A stretch of 63,395 bases of DNA, the filler included, from Reticulomyxa filosa (lineage: Eukaryota; Protista; Foraminifera), in assembly GCA_000512085.1 (NCBI GenBank). It is 15 parts of 15 records of this genome, joined end to end, with 100 filler letters (N's around TTAATTAATTAA, not from the genome) between each part and the next. Parts side by side here need not be neighbours in the genome. Positions count along the whole stretch, not along the records: positions 23,806 to 29,180 come from ASPP01025255.1; positions 29,281 to 30,947 come from ASPP01001908.1; positions 31,048 to 32,574 come from ASPP01001474.1; positions 32,675 to 44,156 come from ASPP01009712.1; 11 more parts are not named here. The stretch is one strand, 5' to 3'. The notes under the pieces are model-generated. The model ran no database searches, was not told the origin of the DNA, and saw nothing but the letters and a program-made list of their open reading frames with translations. The translations under genes were made by a program, and so were the position numbers. Shown here in pieces: positions 26,298-39,886 of the stretch. Numbering within the stretch: position 1 is the stretch's first letter; every line of letters begins with the position of its first letter.

Positions 26298-27172
26298 ATG
26301 ACAGACGCAGACGTTAATGATGCACCTGAGACAGCCGAGGAAACAACAAAAGACGTAGCCGAGGAACCAAAGAAAGAAGGCGAAGAAGAGAAGAAAGAAG
26401 GCGGTGGCAAGAAGAGAATACGTGTACAAAAATGGAACGCTGTGGCGTTGTGGTCCTACAGTTATCTTTTGTGTCTTCCACAAAACTTTAATCACAAAAA
26501 AGTCTCAGAATCTTGTTGAAAGAAGCAAAGCCAATAAAACAAATCCAATAGATGTGCAAACTGATGTGTGCGCTATTTGTCGAAACAAAATCCACGAATT
26601 ATGTTAGTATTGCAATCAAAAAAACTTGTGTTCTTTTTTTTTTTTTTTTCTTTATAGATACATACATTAAATTTTCCTACGTTTGGCCCCTTTTTTTTTT
26701 CTTACTCTGCTTACATGCTAAAGAACAGAGTTTTTTAAAAATCGATACAGTATAAAAAATTAATCGTGACTGTTTTGTGCTCTGTTACATCAGGTATTGA
26801 GTGCCAAGCCGATCAGTATTCAAAGTCCAGTGGTGAATGTACCCTTGCATGGGGAGGTAATCATTTTTTTCTTTTTAAGTAGCTACAAAAAAAAAGGAGA
26901 AGAGAAGGGCATAACATATAGCATATTCGCACATGTTGGATTTTGTGTTTGTTGAAAAACCATGTGAAAGTTTGCAATCATCAATTCCATTTCCATTGCA
27001 TTTCGAGATGGCTGAAAACGAGAGGAACATGCCCAATGGGTAAAAAGATGAGATTTTTTTGTGTATATCGTGTCTCATTTTATTTATTATTATTGTCATT
27101 TTTTTTTTGTTTTGTTTTTTCATAGATAACAAAGAATGGGAGTTCCAAAAATTCGACGAAATTGGTGTTTAA
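26298..27172 (+). CDS. RBX1: RING-box protein 1 (cullin-RING ligase subunit), 5 exons
   Basis: Exons 26298-26460, 26552-26602, 26795-26857, 26971-27039 and 27126-27172 splice to [33 protein letters not shown]...[38 protein letters not shown]. Confidence 0.97.
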
Positions 27173-27664
27173 TGTTTTGTTCTTTTTGCATTGTCTCTTG
27201 TTCAAGACAATGTTTTGTGATTGGGCACACCAAAACCAAAAAAAAAAGGGGGTGCAGAGGAGTTTTTTTTGATTCGGATAAAAAAAATTAACTTTGCTGG
27301 TCCTAGTTTCCCAACTTTTTGTTTTGTCGGATTTGACAACCTTCTGGTCAGTTTTCAAAAGAAAAATTTTACAGTGTTGAGACTTTTGCTGTTGATTTTG
27401 TACCACCTCAATTTTTGCAACCGTCCTCATAAACGTAATATCTTACAGTCTGAAGACCTTTCGAACAAGCTGTTGAAATATTTTCAAAAAAAAAACTGAC
27501 CAATTATGAAAAGTAATAAAGTTAATCGTCAACCAGAAAAATTGCTCGTATGTTTCAAGATAACAATCTTTGTCACTTTAATGAAGGATTCGAAAAAAAA
27601 GGATTGGAAAGCAGCCACGATCGTGAAAGAGACCCTTTTCCGAATCTTGTGAACTGAACGTTGA

Positions 27665-28653
27665 ATGAATTTAATGAAGCTAAAAACTCGCTCTTTTGGG
27701 CAGCTCTTGCTGTTTTTGCTAGTGACATTGATATTATTTCTACTAATATTGTCTGCATACAATCAAAGTTTGTTGACTGGCAGCCGAAAAGAGTTATTGC
27801 CGGTAAGCAAGATGACTGTGATGTCTCCAATCTCACCACAAAGTGGGATACAAGTGAACATTTCGCAGATCCCATATTGCGACCTTGCCTCGAGTCCAAA
27901 GGGATCTCCATTGTTGTCAGCAGAGCTGCAAAATCGCAACAAGGCGATACTGAAAGAGATAATAGATCGCCAGTATCCACGGCAATGTCCAAAGAGGATT
28001 GACGACTATTGGATCATCAATGTCGCAAACAACTTGCACACAAAGTTGTCGATAATCCGCAGTTGGACATGGTTAGCAGAGCATCTGTTAGCGTCTGTGG
28101 CATTGAATAAAACCATGGTTTATTTCAACTACTCGGCGTATAACGAATACCAAAAAATACGAGCCGCGACGACACGGACGAATAATGCTTCTACCGTTGG
28201 CACGTTGACGTGGTTATATGAAGCCTCCGTTCAATATGGATGTCGCACCTTTGGCATGGATTGCTACTTTTTACCTATCACCGATTGCCGTTTGCCGTTT
28301 TTGCAATTGTTACAGCAATATGATATCGACAATGCCAATGTCAATCCCAGTTCTAAATCGACTTCAAGCAAATTGCCAAGTTTTGTGAAGATAGGCGATG
28401 AAATGGCGCCGTATCGCAAAAGCTTCACCGTGCCGTTTTGGGACACCATTTTGTTTCAAGTTGGAAATAAAGTCACCATCGAAAAAAAGTGGCCGTGGCA
28501 GCAATTGGTTACGGTCGCTTTGCAATTCTTGTTGAGATTCAACTTCCAAGTTTTGAAGAAAAAAAAAAAAAACAACAACAACAACAAAAAAGGTAGAAGA
28601 AAGTAATTTACATGAACTCTGTCCCTTGGAGTTTTCCTAAACGTATACTTTCG

Positions 28654-28684
<31 letters not shown>

Positions 28685-29180
28685 ATTGATAACATTGTCT
28701 CAATCCTCAAACATGTGTTTCCTTCCTTTATATATGTATATATATACATATATGCATGTAGACTGAAATGTACGTTCGCAATGTATTTGTGTCGTCGTTT
28801 CCAATTGGCTTTGATTCTGCATTGGCGATGAGTATTCCTGTGCGACAGTCAGACAAGTGCACGAGGTTCGATAAGGAGCGCAAGGAATTTCTGAGCGGGG
28901 AAATGGACTGCTTTGATTTGGAGGAGCACTTTGAAATTGCTAATTGGATACGTAGCTGCTGTGATCCCGGCTTGAAGTACCTGATCATTACCAGTGAAGA
29001 TAAAGACGTTTTCACACGCTTGGATTCGCCAGAGTTTTCCAAATGGACACAAGGCTGGGTCGTTGTGCGGAATCACTTTGATACAATGCCGGGTGTGGAT
29101 ATGAATGTAAATATGTGAAATAAATACACATGTAAACAAAAAAAAAAAAAAAAAATCAATAAATAAAAATTCAAATTTTT
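27665..29180 (+). CDS. Type II membrane glycosyltransferase, GT23/alpha-1,6-fucosyltransferase-like (3' truncated)
   Basis: N-terminal signal anchor; YGC...MDCYFLPITDC; MSIPVRQSDKC (compare motif I GVHVRRTDK); YLIITSED (compare motif II YLATDD). Confidence 0.7.
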
Positions 29181-30296
29181 NNNNNNNNNNNNNNNNNNNN
29201 NNNNNNNNNNNNNNNNNNNNNNNNTTAATTAATTAANNNNNNNNNNNNNNNNNNNNNNNNNNNNNNNNNNNNNNNNNNNNAAAAAGCACTTTCGTATTAC
29301 GTTTAGTGCGAACTCTTTTCTGGCTGACGTCTTACAAACATGAGTGTAAAGAAACAAAACGAGTAAGTATCTGATAAATCTATCAATTTGACTCCGATGA
29401 CTAGTTTAAGACTTAAAGCAAGTGCCAACTGAGATGTAAAAAAAATGATTTTTTAAAAGTTTATAACAGTAAAATGAAAAAACTTGAACGTATTTCAAGA
29501 TGAACAATCCATTGTGTACATTGTTCTGCTTCTGCTTTGTGCTGTTTTGCACGTATAGCGCTTTTTTTTTACCTCCAGATCCAAACTTTAGTAACTTAGT
29601 ACGAATCATTTGTTCTGATTCTTCTGTATCTAGAGCTTCTGATCCTTATTTGTATTTGCGTCTAATGCAACTGATGATTTCATCGTTCGCGCAAACAGTG
29701 GGTGCCAAATATAGAGAATCTGGAGTGTGAAAATGAGTTTTTGAATTTAAATTAAAAAGAAAATTGCAATATTTGGAGTTATACTGACTCCATTGTGACG
29801 TAAGTAGTGTCACACAACAGCCTTCAAATCCATTGTCTGATACATTTGTTTGGCAAAGATGAGAGAAAAATTTTTCAGTGCGAAACTTATGGGTCCAAGT
29901 TTACAAATAAATGCAATTTACGAAGACACTTGAAAAATTTCAAAAAAAACATGAATCTATACTTACCTTTTCATCTTGAAAGATAGAGGAAAATAAGAGA
30001 ATGCATTTTATTTGTCTTGTTTTTGATTTTTCGTTGAGACATTAAAATTATTACCTTGGTTGGTGGTATCTTTTTGCCAGAAACTATTTCAAATCCTTAA
30101 ATCAAATTACATGCTAACAAAAGTGTTGGCTCCATAAATAAGTTTTAGGAGTGAGTGGGCACTTGTTCCGTAAAAAAGTTCACGTAACGAAAATTCTCCG
30201 TTGAACATTGTTCTTTTAATTTGATTTTATTCTAAATCTGTTTTCAAAGGATTTTCTTTTTGTTATCTTTGCCGACTGATTGTTAACAAAACAAGT

Positions 30297-30947
30297 ATGA
30301 CTTTATCTTTAAATCAAAACGTACGTTACTTGACAAGTGGACAGTTTTATGGCCAAGAACAACAGTCGTGGACGCAATATCCACAAACAGTACAACCACA
30401 TTTTGTTTCCAATTTTTCTCATTCGAGCTCTAAAGAGCACGTCGGGCCTATATATCTCCCCAATCACGATTACAGTGCAATGATGTCATTGCCGCTTAAG
30501 CAACAGCAGCAACAAAACGAAGTGTCAAAAGCATATCAACTGAAGCAAGAGCAGCTACGAGCATCTGAGCAAAGACATATGGAGGAGATGCATTACACAA
30601 ACTGTCATCCACACATTCAACATTACTGCGCAATCATTGACCGTTTGCATAAAGACGACAGCCGATATATCGACTTTGCAAGACAAGTGAAGAACAACGA
30701 GTCCTATTTCGAATCTCGCAATGACAAGCGAAATATTGCCCATCAGATGAACGCACAACGACTGTGTTTGTTAGGTTTGTTTATTGATTCATCACAAACA
30801 TATAGAGACAGAGAGAGACAGAGAAGCAAAAAAACATACTCATGCAAGTAAGCGTTATTTGCTGACAAAGCAAAATTCTTGCCACAGGGGGGAGAGGAAA
30901 AGCACGTTGCTAAAAAAGCAGCAACAACAAAAAAAAAAAAAAAAAAA
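30297..30947 (+). CDS. Hypothetical Q-rich protein (3' truncated)
   Basis: ATG 30297 opens a frame to a probable GT donor near 30775; no motif recognised. Confidence 0.55.
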
Positions 30948-31124
30948 NNNNNNNNNNNNNNNNNNNNNNNNNNNNNNNNNNNNNNNNNNNNTTAATTAAT
31001 TAANNNNNNNNNNNNNNNNNNNNNNNNNNNNNNNNNNNNNNNNNNNNGCTATATTAAAATATTAAGATATTGAAGCAATATTTGATGTTTTATATATTAA
31101 AAAAAACAAAAGAATAGAAATTTG

Positions 31125-31260
31125 TTGTTACGTGTTTTCAGTTAGCCATGTTAAAATACTTTTTGTCTTTTCGACATCTTGATCAAACCATTTCAATACA
31201 TCTAAGATGATCTCTTCATCTATCTTAGGGAATGCTTGTTGAAGTTGTACAAGCATGATA
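31125..31260 (-). pseudogene. CUE-domain-like coding remnant
   Basis: MLVQLQQAFPKIDEEIILDVLKWFDQDVEKTKSILTWLTENT* matches CUE (LxxxFP.ID..II..VL....DVE), followed by a stop. Confidence 0.55.
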
Positions 31261-31924
31261 AGGATAAAGTTAATTCAAAGTAACCCTTTTTTTTACTTTT
31301 GAAGCTTCAGAAACTCTATTTAAAATTATCAAATGAGTTTCATTATAAATTTGTAATCTTATGAATTTTTGATTTTACTGTTTTTTATCTTGAAATAATC
31401 CAAATCTATTGCAACAATTGAACAATGATTTCTTAAGTAAAAAACGAATGCAATGTTATGATTAATTTATTTAAGCAACAATAATTGAACGAACGCAAAT
31501 TAGAAACAAAGGAATATATAAAAAAATATAGAAAGAAAATTACATTAAAAAAGGGACTAAAAAAGAACGTCTCCTTTTTAAAGGAAGAATTAAAGAAGCT
31601 AGTAAGAAAATAGACAAATGGAAAAGGGTGATTGTCATCCAGGATGAACAATACAAGAAATAAGAGTAGAGAAATACAAAAATAGTAATAAAGGTCATAT
31701 TTGCTCATCATAAAAGAACGAAAATGAAATGTAAAAAGTACCCTTAATTATCAGAAGTAACATAAGCTTTGAACTATATTATATTTTATTTCATAAAATC
31801 AAATCAAAAATAAGATCTACACATTATTAATTAACTTCTTCTTCTTTGCTGTCTTGGTTAGTCTATTTATCAAATAACACAAATACGAATATCAATATGC
31901 ATTACTATAATTAGGTCAAAAGAA

Positions 31925-32574
31925 AAACTAACAAAGGCAACAAAAGCATCAATGGAAAAACGAATCGAAGTGATATCATCTTTTGTGATTTCATTTTTTC
32001 ATTTGCAATCATTCAATAACCATACTCCAAATTGTTCATTTGACATTGTTTTCAATTTTTCAATTATCTCTGTTTTACCTTTTTGTTCTCTTTCATTCCA
32101 CCATTTCATCAATCTTTTGTTTTTTTCCTATTTTTATTTTTTTGTTTAACATGCTTAATACAATACAACAAATAAATAAATATATTTATAACGTAGGTGT
32201 AATTTTCATTAAGTCCTTTTTCTCTTGTTTGTTCATCTATTTCATTTGCGTTCTATTTCAAAAAAAATAACTTAATTTACATTTATTAAGTTGTTAATTA
32301 AGAATGATTTTCCATTTTCCAGTTATAAAGCAACACTCAACATCATTATCTTTTTTCACTTTGTTTTGTTCTTCGTTTGTTTCTTTTTTTACTATTCTTT
32401 CCATTTCATTTTTCTTCTTTTCTTTTTCTTCTTTTTCTTCTTCCACTTTCAATTCAATTCCTTTTTTCATTTCTTCTTCACTCAGCCATTTACTCACTCC
32501 AGTTTTCATGTGTGTTGACATGGTTTTGTATTTGGCATTAAATCCTCCAATAATATGCACATACGTGTTGTCTT
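31925..32574 (-). pseudogene. C-terminal remnant of a Kelch-like family gene
   Basis: DNTYVHIIGGFN..TMSTHMKT, then KWWNERE...EQFGVWLLNDCK*KNEITKDDI with an in-frame TGA at 32001-31999. Confidence 0.6.
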
Positions 32575-33053
32575 NNNNNNNNNNNNNNNNNNNNNNNNNN
32601 NNNNNNNNNNNNNNNNNNTTAATTAATTAANNNNNNNNNNNNNNNNNNNNNNNNNNNNNNNNNNNNNNNNNNNNTTTTTAATAAGTAAAAAGCGCTAAAA
32701 GTCTTTTTTCGTTTGGAACAAATTAAAATTGGAGCGTAGTCCGCTTTGGAAAGCATTTATATAAATGGTGTAAAGAATTTCTTTTGTTATACTAATTTCT
32801 AGATTTATTATCACGTGAGAGATGTGCGAAAATATCAAAGAAGATTCCTTTTTTATTTTGCATGATTGACCACGGAGTAGAAAAGAGATGCAAGAATATT
32901 TGAATTTTTTTTTCTTTGACTTCAAGTTGTGAACTTATTGTCAAGACCCCCATAAAACAAAAACAAAAAATAGCAAAGCATGTTTTTTCTTTCCGTTTGG
33001 GATATCCCGGACGGTGTTTCAACAAATCAAACAAAAATCAATTAGATTGGATT

Positions 33054-34659
33054 TTATTGTAATGAATCGACAGCATGTTTAATATATTGAATTGCTTTAG
33101 CAGGTTCCAAATGCTTTGGACATGTGTTAGAGCAATTCTGTGTTACACGCGCAAACAAACGTTTACAAGTAAAAAATATAAATAAGAATAAGCAATAATA
33201 TACACGACATACCATAATCCCATGACATCGGTATAATTTCCATGCATCGTTCAATGCTTTTAATCTCTCTTTGGAAAATTCGTCTCTGCTGTCAACAATC
33301 CATCGATATGCTTGTAACAATGCAGCAGGTCCATAATACTTGTCAGCATTCCACCAAAATGATGGACACGAAGTACTATTTTTATTCATCACACACAAAA
33401 ATGTTCGAAGCAATGAAAAAAATGTCATCAATTTGCTGATGGCAAGTTATTAATTTAATTTCCATCACTTTTATTTATTATTTGTTGCTACCATATGCTT
33501 CAACGTTTTTATTTTTATTGATCTCAAATATTTGAAATAAAAATAACAAAAATGGACTTCGTCCCACGTTAGGAAAAAAAAGAAGGGAGTAAGTTTAAAA
33601 GTCTATTTGGAAGCAGACTCAAATTAATACCTGCAACAGGCACACAAGATACATTCATAAAACCCATCTAATTTTTTTCTATCTTCAATAGTCTGGTAAT
33701 ATTCGACATTCGGGTCTTTTTTGGGGGTTTTGCGTTGCAACCATGGCTGGATCGCTTTATAGTGATCATAGAATAATGTCAGATCACCCACCAAGTCTTT
33801 TACCACTTGCACGTGCTATTTCCATGTTATTTTATTTTATTTTGAAACATAACTTAACATTTTTTTTTTTAATGTAATGATATATAAACAAAGGTTTTGC
33901 ATTCAGACAGGCAATGGTAAAATTCGTGTTTTCGAATCCGCAGCAGATTTCGTTTTGCATAAACAGGCCAGAGTCTAAAGTTGAACAAATCAAAAAGTTC
34001 ACAAATATTTATTGTTGCGTTGTTCCGTAACCTTCAATAGCTTTACGCCTTCTTCTTTCTCCCCCCCTCTTCTACAAAAATTTTTTTTGAATTGCTCTCA
34101 TTTTGACCCCTTTTTAAATAAGGGCATTACACAAAAATATCCCAATTTCAAAAGTGCTGACATACATTCGTTCCGTCAATATTCATTGCACAGGATCCAC
34201 AAATACCTTCTCGGCATGATCTTCGGAATGTAAGTGTCTGTTCAATAATCACCATATATCGTCACACTGTTGTTTCTTTTTTATTTTTTTAAAAAAGATA
34301 TATTCAAACCGGGTCTTGTTGATTTTTAATCTTGATCAACACATCCAATATCATCGGGCAGTCGGATACATCGACTTCAAAGCTTTGCTTTTGATATTTG
34401 TGAATTAGTTCCCCTTTGGCCCTTTGAAACCTCTTTCGTTGAAAATATTTCCACTTTTTCTCTTGCTGAGAGAGGAAGAAAGAAGTACCTCTTTTGGCTC
34501 TTGGTTGGAATGAGGATCCCAACGGTATATGGAGAAAGTTTGTCGTACTGCTGGTTTGGTTTTAGCCGTTCGTTTTTGAAATGCAAACAAATTGGTCGAC
34601 AAAACTCGAGTTCTTCGAGTGGCATTAACAATAGTCATGAAACTTCGAAAATTAGACAT
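33054..34659 (-). CDS. SDHB: Succinate dehydrogenase iron-sulfur subunit, nuclear-encoded with mitochondrial presequence, about 7 exons
   Basis: FSIYRWDP; [12 protein letters not shown]; [22 protein letters not shown]; TLACL; VVKDLV; [19 protein letters not shown]; [24 protein letters not shown]. Confidence 0.98.
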
Positions 34660-35021
34660 TTTTGCGTTAGCAAAATGGAAAATCAAATTATAACAAAAAA
34701 AGGGTAACTCATAAAAAAACTCAGCACACCAACTAAAAACAAAAAAAGAAATGTCCGCTACGTCAAGGTGCTATCTGCAACTAAAAAAGATCAAAACCTA
34801 ATATTTCTGGGCTGTCCGTTTTTTGTTAAGGCACAGGATTACAGGAGGGACGTTCAGTTTTGCCGTGTCTCCAGTAAATAAATAGATATTTTTTTGTCTA
34901 TACTAAAACCTATTTTAGAGGCAAATTAAAATGTTGAAAGGTTGCTTAATGGAAACGAGAAATGCCAACTTATATTTGGTAAATTTTAACAAAAGACAAC
35001 AAAAACGTTTAGAGCTCTTAC

Positions 35022-38000
35022 CTACACATGAAACAAATAGAAGTGCTTGTATTTGACCTCCGGAAGATATTGCTTGTGCCTCTATAGGAAGAAATCATGG
35101 AAAATAATTAAACAGATACAGTAGCCTCTGGGTTTGTTTTTTGTGTTTCTTGTAGATTTGTGCTGTCTTGGGGTTGACTGGCTTTAATAACATTAGATAC
35201 GTGCTCCGAATCTTCTATTGTCTTCCACTCAATGAATTCATCTTGCATTTTGGATATCAATCTAAAACAACCAAAATAATCAGTTCAATTTTTGAAGGAA
35301 AGATAAACACAAACATTTTAAAAAACATATCAACTCACTCGACAAGCTCGTTCATTGAAAATGATTGTGTTCGTATAGGTTCAGTCCATGTTTTCATTGC
35401 ATGCAACGTTTCCAGTTCCCATTGTACCTTTGGAGTATTCAATTGCACTGTCCTACACAATAAAATTCAAAATTTTCAAAAGGCCTTTTATTACTAATTT
35501 TCCTCTTTTTTTTCTAAACTTTAAGTGGTCGTAAATGGTTCGCGCATCGCCGATGATTTGACTTGGAAAGCCGACAATTTCGCATAGGTTAATACCATAG
35601 GCATTTGATTTTTTTGTAGCGTTATTTTTTTTGTCGTCTGGCTCTGTATCCTGGTCTATTTCCAACACTCCATCGCATATCCGATAAGGGTAAGTGATCT
35701 GATTGCCCTTTGCTTGCACTTGGAAGTGTTTCTGGGTGATCCACGGCACCAAACATGTGATTTGAGATAAATCAAAATGCGTGACAAACAAAGTGTACGC
35801 CTTGCTTTCACTTAGTTTTTCACAAACAGCCCAAGCCAATGATATTCCGTCAATGCTTGATGTTCCACGGCCGAACTCATCAATAATTACCAAGCTTCTT
35901 TCAGTTACATTCTTATTGTATAGTTGTTTTGATTGTTTCGATACCTTGTTTGCTTTTTTTATTTTGAACATAAGAATAAAAGTCGTATAATGTGTCATTA
36001 ACTCGCAATACGTATGCCACATCTTTACATTCGGAACAGAAAGTGCTTTGATTAGCTTGCATGTCATCACCATTTGATAAGCCTGTACAAACAAATGCAT
36101 AAAAAAGATACAATATTTTTTAAAATTTTGCTGTAATTGGTTGAATACTAACGTGTGAGTATTTGATCAACAATTCGAAATGACGCGTATTTGGCAGGAA
36201 CATAACAGCCCAAATGCGCCATAATTGTCAGCAGTGCCACTTGACGAATATAAGTAGATTTTCCGGCCTTGATTGTGCAAGAATGAGATGTATAGCTTTT
36301 CTTAAAATAAATAAATAAATGAAATTATTAACAGCATTAGGCCCGGAAATAATGTGACAATGATTATTTGCACCTAAGTACACATCATTGGCAACAATAT
36401 TGGATTGACTGAAGCTGCTTAAAATTGGATGTCTTCCCTCGTTTATCGCCAGTGGACCTGATATGGAAAAATTGGGCCTTGTGTGCACAGGATTGTAGGT
36501 CATCCACTTTACAAACGAAAGCTAATTTTTCATTGATTATCGTTAGTGTTTTCTAAAATCCCTTTTCCTATAAACAAGTGTAAGCAAGCAGAAGCTGGCA
36601 CTTAACCACCATATCAAGTATAGCAATATTATCAGAGTAATTGTGGAATTCTGGCATATACTTTTGAAGTGTAGAAATCAAATTAGAAATGAGTGAATAA
36701 GTTAATTTCAATATTTCATTGTGTTGATGCCTACGCCTAGTTTCCAAACTTAGCATGCTCTCCGTTGTACAATAAATTCTCGTCTTTCGTTTCACTCTTT
36801 CAATGTAAATATCTGTTCGTTTCCCAACAACTCATCATTTCAACTTTGAAAAAAACAAACAACAAAAATGGTAATAAATTACACCAGGTAAGGGTGCTTT
36901 GTCGGTGATTGGGATGGAAATGTGATAGCCACGGGTTTCATTGAAATGCAGCTGCATTCCTGGTCGATGCCATTGTGGATATTCTTTAAGAATATAAATG
37001 AATTGGGGAAAGATATTGTTTTGTCCGCGATTTTTTATTATCAATGATAAATAATCAAAAAAGACACCAAAGAGAACTTACCCGTAATCTGCTTGAACAA
37101 TCTCTTGATTTCGCCACATATTTCCAAATGTAGTGCTCTTGCCACATCCAGCAAGCCATTGATTCCAGTTTTTAAAACACTGGCCAGATCAATTTTTTGC
37201 AATTCAATATAATTTTTGGGATTCCACGTAATGGACGGTTCCACCATTTTATCTATCAACTCGGTTGCTTCCTCAAATTCTCGTTTTGCGGTCTGTGTTT
37301 ATGGTGATGCAAGATAACTCCACCCTTTTAAACCGTTTTTCGTGCACGTAACAGCATTTTTCAAATATTGCAACAATTGGCACTTACAGTCTTGCAACGC
37401 CTGGTTAAAAAATCTTGCTTGAGTGAGGCATTGCCTCAATTCCAACAACTGATTTTTTTAAATGTAAGTCTTTATAAAAAAAAAAGCGAATAACTGAAAA
37501 TAACTGCAATGATAAATTTTTGGCAAATCAATGGGTCAGTATTTCTTGGGCTTCGTGCTTAAACCAACAAAGACAAATACTTGCTGCAAATAAATTAAAA
37601 AGTTGGCAACACAATAAAGAGTATACATACCAAGTTGCGAACAAACAACCTCAATATCTGGAAGATTTTTGAAACGGTCGTTCAAATGATAGAACAATGA
37701 CTCGTTGTTAGCGATTTCAGTTACTGCGTCCAACCTGGCATCTATGCAAAAGAATTTAAACTACCTGTTATCCAATTGGATTGAGAAATGAAGGAAACTA
37801 AAAAAAGCAAACCAAAACGAACTGAGTGTTTCAATGTCGTTAATTGGCTGGTGAAGATTGCTTCGAAGTAATCTTTTACCCAAAGGTGAATTACAATGAT
37901 CAATAACACTCAATAATGTGCCTGCGGGGGATTTGGGGCTTTCCAAATTTGTTACTAATTCAAGATTTTTTATTGTCGCTGGATCCAACTTCACAAATCC

Positions 38001-39532
38001 GTCAATGCTTTCAAATCGCAACTTTCGATGTAAATACAAAATATTGCTTTGAATAAAAAAAAAAACAAAAAAGTAAAATAGTAATACCCTGACACTTTTT
38101 GGACCGAATAAACCACCATTGTGTACTTCATTGTAACGAACGCAAGCTGATGCTGCTGCTGTTGCCAAATACCTTTTTTTTTAAGTTTGACTTGTGTGTA
38201 TTTTTCTTGTGAGAGCAGAACAAAGCTAAAAAAAATAGTTTGATCTAACATGGAACTGTCCAGTGAAACCTGTAGTAGGCTTTGTTCAGTGCAAATCTCT
38301 TTCAAACAATTATGTCCCTCACTTTCATTAAAGTGCTTTCGTAACAATGGAACGAATCGGGTCATTTGCAAATGTTGTTTTAATTTTTCCATTAAAGTGG
38401 AATTGTAACCTTTACTTGGATATATGATTTGATCAGGCATTAATGAGTTCATTAATATCAGTGTATTTGGATACGATGCTTTGTCCGTGTATTGGTACAG
38501 CATTATGTTTGGTGACAGCAGATTTATGCAAGCGATACCAATCTCACGATGATTTCTATCAAAAAAAGAAAGTGTGATCAATCAAAACGTGTGCAGCGGA
38601 AACAATTTTTTTGGGCTACTTTTTTAACAAATTTTAACCTGTATTCGATCATCGCCACACAATATCTGTTTTGATTTTCGAATATATTTTTGGGAGTCAT
38701 CTTGTTTTTATTAATTTTATTTTTTTTGCTATTCTTACTATTTTTGCTTTTTCGACTCGAAACACTTTTTTCAGCTTCGACAATTCCTCCAATACTTGGA
38801 GTTTCAATATTTGATCGAATTACTCTACATTTTTTTTTTGCAAAGTTTTTATGCCTTGTCACAAAAAGTGTACTTTTTTCACCCAATCAAGAAAAACAAA
38901 ATACATATACTTAAGCACATAATAATCACGTTGGGGTTGTTTGTCTTTCTTCTGAAGAACCATGGATAAGATTGCTTGGTGGTACACTTTTTTGATCAAT
39001 ATCGGCGTCATTTTTTTCTAGAACATGCGACAGGCCCATGGTATCCAAATATTCTGCCATTGAGGCTACTCTCTCACTAATTACACTCATAGTTTTCGTT
39101 GGTTCTTTTTTGTCCATTGAAATACCATCTAATAACATCGGTTCTGGATTTGTTCTTTTTTTGTTTGGTGACAAGCAGCTTGTTTGGTATTGTTAAGTGT
39201 AAAACGAAAAAAAACATACTCGAGTAATGAGGGACAGTATTCTGATTGATTTTGAGCCCATGGTGATCCATTGCTGTCATAACTCAGGGTTGTTTTATCA
39301 CCATCATCGATTTTATCTTTTATTGCTTGCAATTCACTGTTTACGTGCAATTTGCTCAAATTTGCATCACTTTCTTTGCTTGAGCTTCGTGTTTTCTTTG
39401 TCGCTGGTTCTGCGTGTTGCACACTCTTCTTAGGGAACACGTCACTCAAAATATTATCATCTTGAAATAGGGAAAATAATCTTTTTTTTTTGATGCAGCA
39501 TCTTCTCGTGCCTTGCCTTCGCTCTCTGTCAT
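35022..39532 (-). CDS. MSH4: MutS homolog 4 (meiotic MutS-gamma), many exons
   Basis: [10 protein letters not shown]; [12 protein letters not shown]; [10 protein letters not shown]; [12 protein letters not shown]; EGRHPIL; ISGPNA|[12 protein letters not shown]; STFCSEC; [13 protein letters not shown]. No mismatch-binding domain I is apparent. Frame break at T10 (39482-39491) near the start. Confidence 0.88.
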
Positions 39533-39886
39533 TGTAACAGGTATTGAGAAAAAAGGGGGTCGGAACGATAAAAAATAGTCCTTAGACTTTGCACTGCTAA
39601 TGACTCAACAGTCTTTGTAACTCCTTTACAAGGATTAAAAAGAAGAAATCCATGCGTTTAACCTTTGATCAGATGCTTTAAGTAATCGTTTACCTGTGCC
39701 AATTAAAAAAAACGTTAAAGTTTTGTTTATATTTGAAACGGAGCTCAGGTGACATTTCTACAATCAAGTGTCTTGTTTTTTTCTCCAACTTGAAGTTGTT
39801 TGATTTCAAATGATCACTACTAAGGTAGAGGGACAACTACTCCTTTGCGCTTTTTTTAAGTCGTTTCTTTTTTTCCATAAAGGGAA

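Noticed and set aside
29959-29970. ATACTTACCT matching the U1 snRNA 5' end
   Set aside because: No U1 stem-loops or Sm site follow. It is equally the reverse complement of a consensus 5' splice site and is expected by chance in AT-rich DNA.
11895-32001. Genome-wide UGA=Trp reassignment
   Set aside because: TGA terminates the G-gamma ORF exactly after its CaaX box, conserved Trp codons in RBX1, SDHB and USP39 are TGG, and in-frame TGAs occur only in regions with other lesions.
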